Positions 39,399 through 47,869 of a DNA stretch of 64,000 nt are shown piece by piece. The translations under genes were made by a program, and so were the position numbers. Position 1 is the stretch's first letter, and every line of letters begins with the position of its first letter. The stretch is from the NCBI GenBank assembly GCA_965248755.1, contig OZ252149.1, forward strand, positions 1,088,001 through 1,152,000. Reading direction: 5' to 3'. The DNA comes from Candidatus Latescibacterota bacterium. Lineage in GTDB: Bacteria; Latescibacterota; CBDEFO01. The notes under the pieces were generated by a model. That model was not told the origin of the DNA. It worked only from the letters and a program-made list of their open reading frames with translations, and did not search any database.

Positions 39399-40982
39399 AT
39401 GAACATAGATTTATTAATGGTGGTCTTATACTTTGTTGTAATATTCATAATTGGAATATATAAAAGCGCTGTCCAAAAAAAGGATGCGATCAACTATTTC
39501 CTCAGCGGTAGAAAACTGCGTTGGCCCTCCATAGCAATGTCTACGATTGCCACGAATATTCAAGCGGGACATTTTGTCGGTATGGGAGGCGCTGCATATG
39601 CTTACGGATTAGCTCAGGCAAATTTTGAAATTGGCGCCATTTTCGGCATACTTTTAGCCGCATTCTTTTTTGTCCCGCTCTATTTAAAGTTAAAAGTATT
39701 TACACTGACACAATTTTTTGAAGACCGCTTTGGTCCTTTTCTGGCTACTTGCTATTCGGTTTTTTCCATCATCCTTTTTGGTGTTATCTATCTTGGTGGT
39801 GCGCTCTATTGGGGCAGTTTCGCCATTAATGGGATTTTTGGTGATCAATTGAGCATACTCCATCCGGATCCTATAATCAGGCTCTACATCCTTGTGGTCC
39901 TTATGGGTTTATTTTCTGCTGTCTATGTTTATTTTGGTGGGCTTGCGGCTGTAGTGCGAACCGATGTGATCCAGATGGTTACGTTGTTGGGGGGCTCCAC
40001 CATCATCCTGGTGTTGGCGATAAAAGCACTTGGTGGTGTGTCTGAACTCTATAACCCTGATCTTTATGATGGCATTAAGACAGGTAAGGATCATCTGATG
40101 CATTTGTTTTTATCTTCAGATCATGAGAAAATTCCATGGACAGCGGTATTTTTCGGGATGTTATTAATGCACATTCAATATTGGGGAGCAAACCAGGTTA
40201 TCCTGCAGAGATCTCTGGCAGCACGTTCGGTAAGGGATGCTCAATTGGGATTAGTTGTAGGTGGCTTTTTGAAATACTTTGTGGCAGCGCTCATTATTAT
40301 TCCACCCATTGCCCTGGTTGGTTTTCATGAACGGTTGGAGGACCCCGATCAGGCCTACATTGTGTTAGTGAACACCCTATTGGCTCCGGGAGTTCGCGGC
40401 TTCGTTCTAATGGGACTTTTTGCTTCTCTTATGAGCACGGTCGATTCCATAATTAATTCGGTGAGTACGCTCTATTCTTTTGATATTTACAAGAGACGAA
40501 TTAATAAAGATGCGACGGACAAACAATTGATCCGGATCGGGAAGAATACCATTGGGGTATCAACCCTTGTTGGAATTCTGTTTGCATTTTCACTCATTTA
40601 CATAAAGTATCACGGGCTTGATTTTCCGCTTTCCCATCTGACGAATGAGATTTCATATCACATCAAAGCCGGTTTTACCATATTAATTCTGGCAGCAGTA
40701 TTTTGTACTGGAGCACCCAAGAATCTTGTGGCAACTGTTTTCGTGGCAAGTGCCGTTGTTTCACTTGCGTTTAAATATCTCATCTTTCCTGATATGAACT
40801 ACCTGAACCGAACCGGATGGGTGATTGTCTTGTGTTATGGTATTATTGCCGGAATATCGTATTTCTTACCAGGACAAAAGATCAAATGGGGAGAACTGAT
40901 TATTGTTGATACCCGGACTGTCGGTTACTTTGGCATGATTCTTGCCGTAATTTTGATTGGACTAAACATTATTTTCAGGTAA
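39399..40982 (+). CDS. Sodium:solute symporter (SSS/SLC5), second copy, AT-richer
   Basis: NYFLSGRKLRW, STIATNI, GGLAAVVRTDVIQ, YWGANQVILQR and ASLMSTVDS. Confidence 0.93.
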   Translation: MNIDLLMVVLYFVVIFIIGIYKSAVQKKDAINYFLSGRKLRWPSIAMSTIATNIQAGHFVGMGGAAYAYGLAQANFEIGAIFGILLAAFFFVPLYLKLKVFTLTQFFEDRFGPFLATCYSVFSIILFGVIYLGGALYWGSFAINGIFGDQLSILHPDPIIRLYILVVLMGLFSAVYVYFGGLAAVVRTDVIQMVTLLGGSTIILVLAIKALGGVSELYNPDLYDGIKTGKDHLMHLFLSSDHEKIPWTAVFFGMLLMHIQYWGANQVILQRSLAARSVRDAQLGLVVGGFLKYFVAALIIIPPIALVGFHERLEDPDQAYIVLVNTLLAPGVRGFVLMGLFASLMSTVDSIINSVSTLYSFDIYKRRINKDATDKQLIRIGKNTIGVSTLVGILFAFSLIYIKYHGLDFPLSHLTNEISYHIKAGFTILILAAVFCTGAPKNLVATVFVASAVVSLAFKYLIFPDMNYLNRTGWVIVLCYGIIAGISYFLPGQKIKWGELIIVDTRTVGYFGMILAVILIGLNIIFR

Positions 40983-41155
40983 TCGGTCGATACACAATTT
41001 CTTTCATAATTTAACTTGGGACGTAGCGAAGTACCCACCCCGGAGCCTTAACAGGTGTAGGTAGAGCAGGAGCGAAGAAACGTATTGAAAGCAAGCAGGT
41101 ATCACTGATCCCAAGACTTAGAACTGAATGACCCTGCGAGAACGTCCAATTCCTA

Positions 41156-41184
41156 TTGACATCCACTGTCTTATTTTGTATCTT
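41156..41184 (+). promoter_or_regulatory. Putative sigma70 promoter, copy 2 (homolog of 33412-33440)
   Basis: TTGACA-17 bp-TATCTT inside a block homologous to 33321-33460. Confidence 0.55.
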
Positions 41185-41295
41185 CCCACCAAATTGATCT
41201 ACCTCTTTGTATCTTGTCTCCTGATTGATCGACACTAACATACCCCCCCTTGACAGAGCGACATATATTTTGCAAATTGGGGTTTGAGGCTTGTC

Positions 41296-41314
41296 CCCGA
41301 GTGATGCTGTCGGG
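41296..41314 (-). repeat. 19-nt palindromic micro-element, diverged copy
   Basis: TC-[CCCGAGTGATGCTGTCGGG]-GA; 15/19 to CCCGATTGAATCTATCGGG. Confidence 0.6.
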
Positions 41315-41328
41315 GAAAGGATGTCAAA

Positions 41329-41592
41329 GTGTCAAGCCCCAAGGTGGAAGATGGTAAGCGCTGGACGGCGAACCGTAGGGCGGAGGTGGTGTTGGCTCTT
41401 TTGAGAGGAGCGGATGTATCTGAAGTGTGTCGGAAGAATGGAATTAGCCAGTCAGAGGTGTATGCTTGGCGTGATAGTATCTTAGAGGGTGGGCAGGAGC
41501 GTTTAAAGTCTCGGCGTGGTCGCAAGGATCCGAGGGAGCGGGAGGTTGGTCCCCGATAGAATCAATCGGGGATTGGAGCGAAAGGTAGGAGC
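41329..41592 (+). mobile_element. IS3-like OrfA HTH transposase fragment, disrupted by a 19-nt insertion
   Basis: KRWTANRRAEVVLALLRG..VSEVCRKNGISQSEVYAWRD. Removing 41552-41570 continues the frame as REREVGRLERKVG. Confidence 0.8.
41552..41570 (+). repeat. 19-nt palindromic micro-element, copy 3
   Basis: TC-[CCCGATAGAATCAATCGGG]-GA. Confidence 0.9.
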
Positions 41593-42025
41593 TCAGTACG
41601 AGGAGATGGGATTCGGGGATACAAAAAGGCAGCGGCTGTTATAGTTACAGATAACACAAGGTAAAGCTACAATATTAGGCACCTTTATATGTTGCGAACA
41701 GTCAATTATTGTTGCATATTAAGGTTTGCGAATATGCAGCTAATGCAGGTGTACCAAATTTTGGAGATTATCGGACGGTCGCTATCGTTGTCAACTTGGA
41801 CATGCGTCCATCACAACAACGCTGGATCGCTATGGTCATCTGATGCCGGAGGTTCACAGGCAGGCAGCGGAACAACTGTATGATCAGTTGTCTGGCGGGT
41901 TTGGTAGACTTATATTAGAAAATGAGCAGAAAAACGAAGAAAGGAGTTACAGTGATTTTTGTAACTCCTAGTTTTTATTGGTGGAGCTGAGGGGGATCGA
42001 ACCCCTGACCTATTGTCTGCCAGAC
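41583..42025 (+). repeat. ~440-bp direct repeat, copy 2 (integrase remnant running into tRNA-Ala)
   Basis: Homologous to 32679-33120; includes QLGHASITTTLDRYGHLMPEVHRQAAEQL at ~41792-41897. Confidence 0.92.
41942..41969. terminator. Hairpin downstream of tRNA-Ala (likely terminator)
   Basis: AGGAGTTACA / TGTAACTCCT 10-bp perfect stem. Confidence 0.6.
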
Positions 42026-42054
42026 AATCGCTCTCCCATCTGAGCTACAGCCCC
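41979..42054 (-). tRNA. tRNA-Ala(GGC)
   Basis: GGGGCTGTAGCTCAGATGGGAGAGCG-ATTGT-CTGGCAG-ACAAT-AGGTCAGGGGTTCGATCCCCCTCAGCTCCACCA; 76 nt, G3:U70, CCA end. Confidence 0.97.
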
Positions 42055-42065
42055 ACTTGCTCTAT

Positions 42066-42094
42066 ATGATAATAAAAATGGCTCTAAATGTCAA
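42066..42094 (-). promoter_or_regulatory. Sigma70 promoter of tRNA-Ala
   Basis: TTGACA-17 bp-TATCAT on the minus strand, 11 nt before the tRNA. Confidence 0.75.
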
Positions 42095-42242
42095 GAACAA
42101 AATGTCCAGAGGTAGAATGTGCAGGAATTTAGGTTCACGTTTCCCAGTTCCAGGCAAACCACGTTAGTCGAGTGAAAGAAAGGGATTTGGGAACAATGCT
42201 GTTAAGACGTTTGCCCGGTACAGGCGAAGAACCGCAGATAGA

Positions 42243-43649
42243 TCAATCGTACATACAGTAGTAATACGAAGTACCAGTGCTTATGCCGGTTCTGAGTCTC
42301 GGTAGAATGACCTTCAGATGCAGCTTGTATTTCTCTGCTTTTTCCGTACGGAGGGCCTGTTCATAATAAGCCAGGGCATTTAATCTGCTCGATTCAGTAT
42401 ACTGCTCGTATTTGGTCCACTTCGTCCACGGAACGGCCTCACCGTTCTTATCCAAGCCCAGGCTAAAAAGAGTCTCTTCTGCCTTGCCCAGAAAGAACAG
42501 CACATCATGAGTGAATTCGGATTCAGGATAGTATTCCAGAAAGGCGCGTCCCTCCGACAAGACCTTCGGCCATTGTTCATTTCCCTTACGGCATCTGGGC
42601 GGTGTATCGAAACCCACCCCCATCATTTGAACGAACGCAAAGTGCCCCCAATATGAATCCCCATAGTTACTAGCCAGATTTGCGAGGAGATTCTGGTCGT
42701 ATGTATATGACCTTCCAAGTGCAGAATAATAATATTCCAGACCATAGCGTTTCAGCCATAGCTTGTGTGGATCTACCTTTTCCCTCAGCCCAAATCTAAA
42801 GATATACGTGACCACATAGTTCTGGAAGAGAAGAAAGAGTGGCCTATCTTGTTCACTTATAACCTTTTGGTCTATCGTCTCGTATATTGCTATAAGATCG
42901 GGAACATTCATCCACTTCTCCTTGGGCAGATAATTTCGTTGACTGGATCGAGAGATCTCCTTGATTCTCTCCCACTGCGCTCTAGTAATAAGCTGAGCGA
43001 TATTTCTTGCCTCAAGCTCCTCGACAAGCTTTTCCGGCATCTTAAGGGGCTCCCACCAGATCAACTCCCACTGTCCTGGAGACCACCGTATGTGATCGTA
43101 CTCGTCGAACCTCCTATGCCGCAAGACGGTTTTTACATACCTTTTCTTCTTGTACTTGTCGTACGCATAGTATACTAATCCGCTCAGCTCCCCCTTCTCT
43201 ATGCTCAAGACATTTTTCCAATGCCCCAGCCCAAAATGACGATAGCTGTCGTTTGCACCAGCTTCGATACTGAAATTACTATTTTTCAGCGATTGGAGGA
43301 TACTTTCTTGTACACTCTTGCCTTCTTCTTCAGACTGAACAGATATTCGCAGATACCCCATCAGCACTATTTCTGTAACCGCATGAAGAGAAGGCTCAGC
43401 ATAAGTGAATAGTCTCAGCCGGCTGTTCTGTTCCTCTTGCGTGAATGATCTCAACACGTAGCCTTGAGCCTCCTTGAGATTCATTTCTCCATAGTGTTCT
43501 GTCCTCCAAGTAGAATCCTGCCGCAAAGCAGAAGAGCTGTCTGCCCATGGAGCGTCCAGCAGCTGTTTCAGCATCGCCTCAGGACCTGTATCGCCATAAA
43601 CCGGCCGATATACCAACAGAAGAAATAGTACGACACGGATTTTCATCAC
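42243..43649 (-). CDS. Secreted hypothetical protein with TPR-like helical C-terminus
   Basis: 468-aa ORF, RBS GGAG, N-terminal signal-like segment, FLEYYPESEFTHDVLFFLG pattern. Confidence 0.65.
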   Translation of the reverse strand: MMKIRVVLFLLLVYRPVYGDTGPEAMLKQLLDAPWADSSSALRQDSTWRTEHYGEMNLKEAQGYVLRSFTQEEQNSRLRLFTYAEPSLHAVTEIVLMGYLRISVQSEEEGKSVQESILQSLKNSNFSIEAGANDSYRHFGLGHWKNVLSIEKGELSGLVYYAYDKYKKKRYVKTVLRHRRFDEYDHIRWSPGQWELIWWEPLKMPEKLVEELEARNIAQLITRAQWERIKEISRSSQRNYLPKEKWMNVPDLIAIYETIDQKVISEQDRPLFLLFQNYVVTYIFRFGLREKVDPHKLWLKRYGLEYYYSALGRSYTYDQNLLANLASNYGDSYWGHFAFVQMMGVGFDTPPRCRKGNEQWPKVLSEGRAFLEYYPESEFTHDVLFFLGKAEETLFSLGLDKNGEAVPWTKWTKYEQYTESSRLNALAYYEQALRTEKAEKYKLHLKVILPRLRTGISTGTSYYYCMYD

Positions 43650-43788
43650 ATTTACTCTCCACTTGCTACGGTTTTTCGACTTCTACGAAAAAGACAGTGA
43701 AAGCAAAATCTTCAAAATCTGGATCAGCGTCCTTACGCCTGTATTGATGATAAGAAAAAGAAGACAGGAGACAGAAGGCGAATTCCTT

Positions 43789-44685
43789 TCATTCCCTCTT
43801 GACTATATGTGTTCTCGCCATCTTCTCAAGGACCTTGCACACCGCCGAAAAGTCCTTCGTTCCCAGGTCCATCGCGCTGGCCGCCGTATATAACTCATAG
43901 GCTATGGACCCTAAAGGCATCGGTATATCCATTTCCTTGCCCATCGCCATAGCCAGTCCCACGTCCTTTTTCATCAGGTCCAGCATGAACCCCGGCTGGA
44001 AGTGGTCTTCCAATAAGAAATCGGCAACTCTCGCCTGAAAGAGCACCGAGTTTCCAGAACTGACGCTTATCACCTGCCTCATCACCTCAGGATCGGCTCC
44101 CGCCTTGGCGCCGAGAACTAATCCCTCCCCGATAGCTGCCATCGTTATCCCGCCTATCAGCTGGTTCACTATCTTCACTATCTGTCCTGTGCCGACTCCC
44201 CCGACGTGAAATATATTCTCCCCCATCGCCTCAAAGAGAGGTCGGCACCTCTCCACGTCCTCCTTGTCTCCTCCGGCAATGATTGTCAAAGTTCCAGCCT
44301 CTGCCCCCACATCTCCTCCGCTTACAGGAGCGTCCACAACCTTTACGCCCTTGTTGGATGCAGTCTTCGATATTTTCCTTATAGTCATCGGAGAAATGGT
44401 GCTCATATCGGCGATTATGCCTCCCGCCTTCATCCCCAAGAGCAGTCCGTTATCGCCCAATATCACCTCATCTACCTGGGGGTCAGCCGTGACTATGGTG
44501 ATAACTATATCTGAGTTACGGCCTACCTCCGCGGGAGACTCTGCGGATTCGGCGCCTAAATCTGCCATCTGCCTTAAGGGCTCGGGTCTCCTTGCGTAGA
44601 CACAGAGATCGAATCCCGCGTTTTTCAGGTTCTTCGCCATAGGGAGTCCCATCGTGCCCAGACCTATGAATCCCACCCTTTCCAT
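43789..44685 (-). CDS. Beta-hydroxyacid dehydrogenase (2-hydroxy-3-oxopropionate reductase / 3-hydroxyisobutyrate dehydrogenase family)
   Basis: GFIGLGTMG, DMSTISP, DAPVSGG, KIVNQ and KDVGLA. Confidence 0.93.
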   Translation of the reverse strand: MERVGFIGLGTMGLPMAKNLKNAGFDLCVYARRPEPLRQMADLGAESAESPAEVGRNSDIVITIVTADPQVDEVILGDNGLLLGMKAGGIIADMSTISPMTIRKISKTASNKGVKVVDAPVSGGDVGAEAGTLTIIAGGDKEDVERCRPLFEAMGENIFHVGGVGTGQIVKIVNQLIGGITMAAIGEGLVLGAKAGADPEVMRQVISVSSGNSVLFQARVADFLLEDHFQPGFMLDLMKKDVGLAMAMGKEMDIPMPLGSIAYELYTAASAMDLGTKDFSAVCKVLEKMARTHIVKRE

Positions 44686-44760
44686 TTTCTATCCTCCTCC
44701 GAAAAAGATAAGCGGCCCCGACCTTTAAAAAAGAAGGAGCCGCTTTAAACGCAAATACCT

Positions 44761-45531
44761 CTACGAGACAACCTTGAACACTATACTCTCAGTTACTGCG
44801 GGAAAGAACCTGTTTACGGTTAAGAGAAATCTGCTCTGAAGACTTGCGAAGACCTCCCGTTTTCCTTTGATCACACCCTTTACTAACGCCTCTGCAACCC
44901 TTTGGGGAGGTATGGCCTTTGGACTCCATCTCTTCCTATCCTGCCCGTTTGCCATATCAGTATCTGTTAAGGGCGGCAGGACCGCCATCACATTTATCCC
45001 CAGCGGCTTCAGCTCTCCCCTCAGAGACTGAGTGAACCCTAAAACCGCAAACTTGGTGGCGCAGTAACTGCTCGACATCGGCGTGCCTATCTTACCTATC
45101 ACCGAAGAGACGTTTACAATCGCTCCGCTTTTTCTTTCTATCATTGAAGGGAGCACGCGCTTTGTCGTATATACAATTCCAAAATAGTTTGTCTCCATCT
45201 CCTTGAGGAAGACGGATATGTCCTTATCTATAAAATAGCTGCGATCCAGTATCCCGGCGTTATTTACGAGGACATCTATGTGCCCGAACCCCTCTAAAGC
45301 CCTATCCACACACTTATTGACCGACTCCTGTGAGGTCACGTCCATCACATGCGCCCATGCCCTCCCTCCATCTTTTTGGATCTGGGACTTCAATTCTTCA
45401 ATCAGTTCCTGATTCCTTGCCGTAAGCAGAACTTTAGAACCCCGCTTGGAAAAACACAGCGCTGTCTCCCTGCCTATCCCCCTTGAAGCCCCCGTTATAA
45501 ATGCGACCTTGTCTTTGAGGTCATAGGACAT
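44761..45531 (-). CDS. Short-chain dehydrogenase/reductase
   Basis: TGASRGIG, NNAG, NVSS and YCATK. Confidence 0.95.
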   Translation of the reverse strand: MSYDLKDKVAFITGASRGIGRETALCFSKRGSKVLLTARNQELIEELKSQIQKDGGRAWAHVMDVTSQESVNKCVDRALEGFGHIDVLVNNAGILDRSYFIDKDISVFLKEMETNYFGIVYTTKRVLPSMIERKSGAIVNVSSVIGKIGTPMSSSYCATKFAVLGFTQSLRGELKPLGINVMAVLPPLTDTDMANGQDRKRWSPKAIPPQRVAEALVKGVIKGKREVFASLQSRFLLTVNRFFPAVTESIVFKVVS

Positions 45532-45670
45532 CTATGTTGCCTTTTGCGGAGTGGTGGTTTATTGAAATTCAACTATGTATCGGGTTAAAATAGTCTGGGC
45601 GAGATTGTGGGATCAAGATAGCAGATAGCGTGGTGATGGGAGGGTGTAACCCCGTCTACTCTCTACTTGT

Positions 45671-46864
45671 CTATTTGACCTCAATCGGCGGCTCCTCTAT
45701 CCTTTCAAAGAACTCCCCGGCTTTATCTCTGGCTTTTTCAATCGGCTTCCTTGTATCCAGAGCCATCTTGGTTCTTTCTCTCACACTGGGTCTGATAGTT
45801 GCTTTCATAAGGATGATCAACTCTCTTTGCATTACCTCTTTTCTATTCACTCCGAAAAGATACTTAATTCCGAAGAACCACCAGGGCAGATCCTTTAGAA
45901 TCGGGAATCCCTTTCTTAATATCCTGTAATCGTTCGAGTAGAGTCCGGCAATAGCGGTCTCCTCACCGTCCATCAGAAGGACTTTGGTTGCCGCCGTGGT
46001 TATGTTTATCGTTTTGAGTACCGGGTCTATAAGTGTGCTGCGCTCGGCGGATATGTCCAAATTGATGAAGTCTATGTCCTCTATGGTGATTATCTGTGGC
46101 GTGACGGTTAACATAGTCCCCACGTGGAAGAATTGGGTTATCGTATTGCCTGAAAAGTCCGTCGTCTGCACAGCAAAGTCCTGACCCACCTGTATCCTCC
46201 CCTGCTCTCCCGACACGACAGTTATCTCAGGACTGGAGATAACCTCACCCTTGTTTTGAAGTTCAAAAGACCTTAAAAGGAAATCAACCCTGAAAGTATT
46301 TGAGGGTTCTGCAGTCCCCTCCACTTTGAATATATCCTCGCTCACTCCACTTCCGGCTATGCTTTGGGTCCTGACGCTTACCTTTCCCCCTGTCAGGGTA
46401 CTCCAATTCACGCCGAGTTCCCTCAAGGCTCTCCTATCCGCCTCGAAGAAAATGGCAGATATGTTCACCTCTCTGCTGTCCAGGTCGAACGGAGGGGGTT
46501 CAACTTCCTCCTCAACAACTGGTGGACCGATCCCTGTTATCTCAATATACTTTTCGCGCCTTACGAATCTCAGATTGTTGTTGTTGACGATCAGTTGAAG
46601 GGTCCGCGCCCAGGGGAGACTCTTTATCTCTATCCCTATGGGAGCAGTGCGAGCTTCAGGATCGATGATCGGTACGCCCCCCACCTTCTCTATTATCTTA
46701 AGGGCCTCGTTGAAAGGAACATCGGGGCTCAAAGATATGGGCTCCTGTCCGGCGTAGATTCCTCCAGGGCCTGGAAAGACCCCCCCAGGGGTTACCATCT
46801 GGGACAGGGCCCCAGAAGATGTGAGCAACAAGAACAACACGCCCAAAAGAACTTGTAGGAGCAT
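45671..46864 (-). CDS. pilQ: Type IV pilus / type II secretin (short, no AMIN domains)
   Basis: Secretin domain: LRELGVNW, ISSPEITV, GTMLTVTPQI, GETAIAGL, PILKDLP..YLF and RELIILM. Confidence 0.85.
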   Translation of the reverse strand: MLLQVLLGVLFLLLTSSGALSQMVTPGGVFPGPGGIYAGQEPISLSPDVPFNEALKIIEKVGGVPIIDPEARTAPIGIEIKSLPWARTLQLIVNNNNLRFVRREKYIEITGIGPPVVEEEVEPPPFDLDSREVNISAIFFEADRRALRELGVNWSTLTGGKVSVRTQSIAGSGVSEDIFKVEGTAEPSNTFRVDFLLRSFELQNKGEVISSPEITVVSGEQGRIQVGQDFAVQTTDFSGNTITQFFHVGTMLTVTPQIITIEDIDFINLDISAERSTLIDPVLKTINITTAATKVLLMDGEETAIAGLYSNDYRILRKGFPILKDLPWWFFGIKYLFGVNRKEVMQRELIILMKATIRPSVRERTKMALDTRKPIEKARDKAGEFFERIEEPPIEVK

Positions 46865-47812
46865 TTACTGGTCCCCTTCTATCTCTATTGCAGTCTCCAG
46901 TTGGATGATGATTTCGCTTCTTATCCCCGATGCATTCTGAACAAACTTTATCTCTCCTTTTTTCTGATCGATCCACGCTACATGGCCCAGATATATCTCA
47001 TCTCCTTCTGCCAGATTCCATTCTGCGCCGCTCTTGTCGATCAGATATGCGAAAGTTCGTCCTAACATCCGATATATAGCCAAAAGCCGTGCGCCGTCTG
47101 GATCGAAGAGCTCATCCACATTGGGTGGAACGGTCTCGTATACGAGGGGTCCGAACGGATTTATGGACGGCGGCTCAGCTCCTAAACCGCTGTCACCTGT
47201 CTTTGCTGTGTCCGTACTTTCAGGGCTGAAATAGGCTTCGAGGATCATATTGAAAGTGATCTTGCTTTGAGGCGCTCCGTCCACCTGGTAGCGCTTCTCG
47301 GACAAAGATGGATCCTTTAACTTGTACAGGGTCGACTTGTTTTCCAGGTACCATATAAAGTTATAAAGGTTTTCAAAGTCACCTTCGCCCGAAATCCTGT
47401 ACACGTTGTATCTTGCGGGAGGTTCTTCCTCGTTTTTGTTCTCTTCCTTTCCCTTGCCTTCCTCTCCAAACTTTTGGGTTGACTCGAATGTAAAGTCAAA
47501 ATCTATTGAAGTGTTCGGATAGTTGAGTATCTCATCCAGATAAGCCAACGTCTGGGTATCGTTATTCGATTGGGGGATCACCTTTTTGCGTGCTTCCCAT
47601 TTTGTCTTTAGCATTTCCAACCTTTTGCGCAACTCATTGAAGATAGCAGATTCAGCCTCTGCAATATACAGCTTCTCCTGCTGTTCTTTAACCATCTTTT
47701 CCAAACGCTTCAACTCATCGCCCTGGCGAACAAAGACCCAATATCCACCGCTAGCGCCTACGATCAAAAGTAGGATTCCTATAATCAGACTGTTGCGTAC
47801 TGCGTAGGACAA
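46865..47812 (-). CDS. PilO-like protein with a C-terminal PilP-like domain
   Basis: N-terminal TM, coiled coil, GDFENLYNFIWYLE (PilO core), then NPF...AYLIDKSG..LAEGDEIYLGHV (PilP-like). Confidence 0.7.
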   Translation of the reverse strand: MSYAVRNSLIIGILLLIVGASGGYWVFVRQGDELKRLEKMVKEQQEKLYIAEAESAIFNELRKRLEMLKTKWEARKKVIPQSNNDTQTLAYLDEILNYPNTSIDFDFTFESTQKFGEEGKGKEENKNEEEPPARYNVYRISGEGDFENLYNFIWYLENKSTLYKLKDPSLSEKRYQVDGAPQSKITFNMILEAYFSPESTDTAKTGDSGLGAEPPSINPFGPLVYETVPPNVDELFDPDGARLLAIYRMLGRTFAYLIDKSGAEWNLAEGDEIYLGHVAWIDQKKGEIKFVQNASGIRSEIIIQLETAIEIEGDQ

Positions 47813-47869
47813 CTTCTATTACCTCCACTGCAGATGCCGAAAAGACTGACTACATCACTTCTCCCCGCG

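Noticed and set aside
42150..42200. GGCAAACC...GAAA resembling a c-di-GMP-I riboswitch
   Set aside because: The downstream GACGCAAA and second stem are missing, and no gene follows on that strand.
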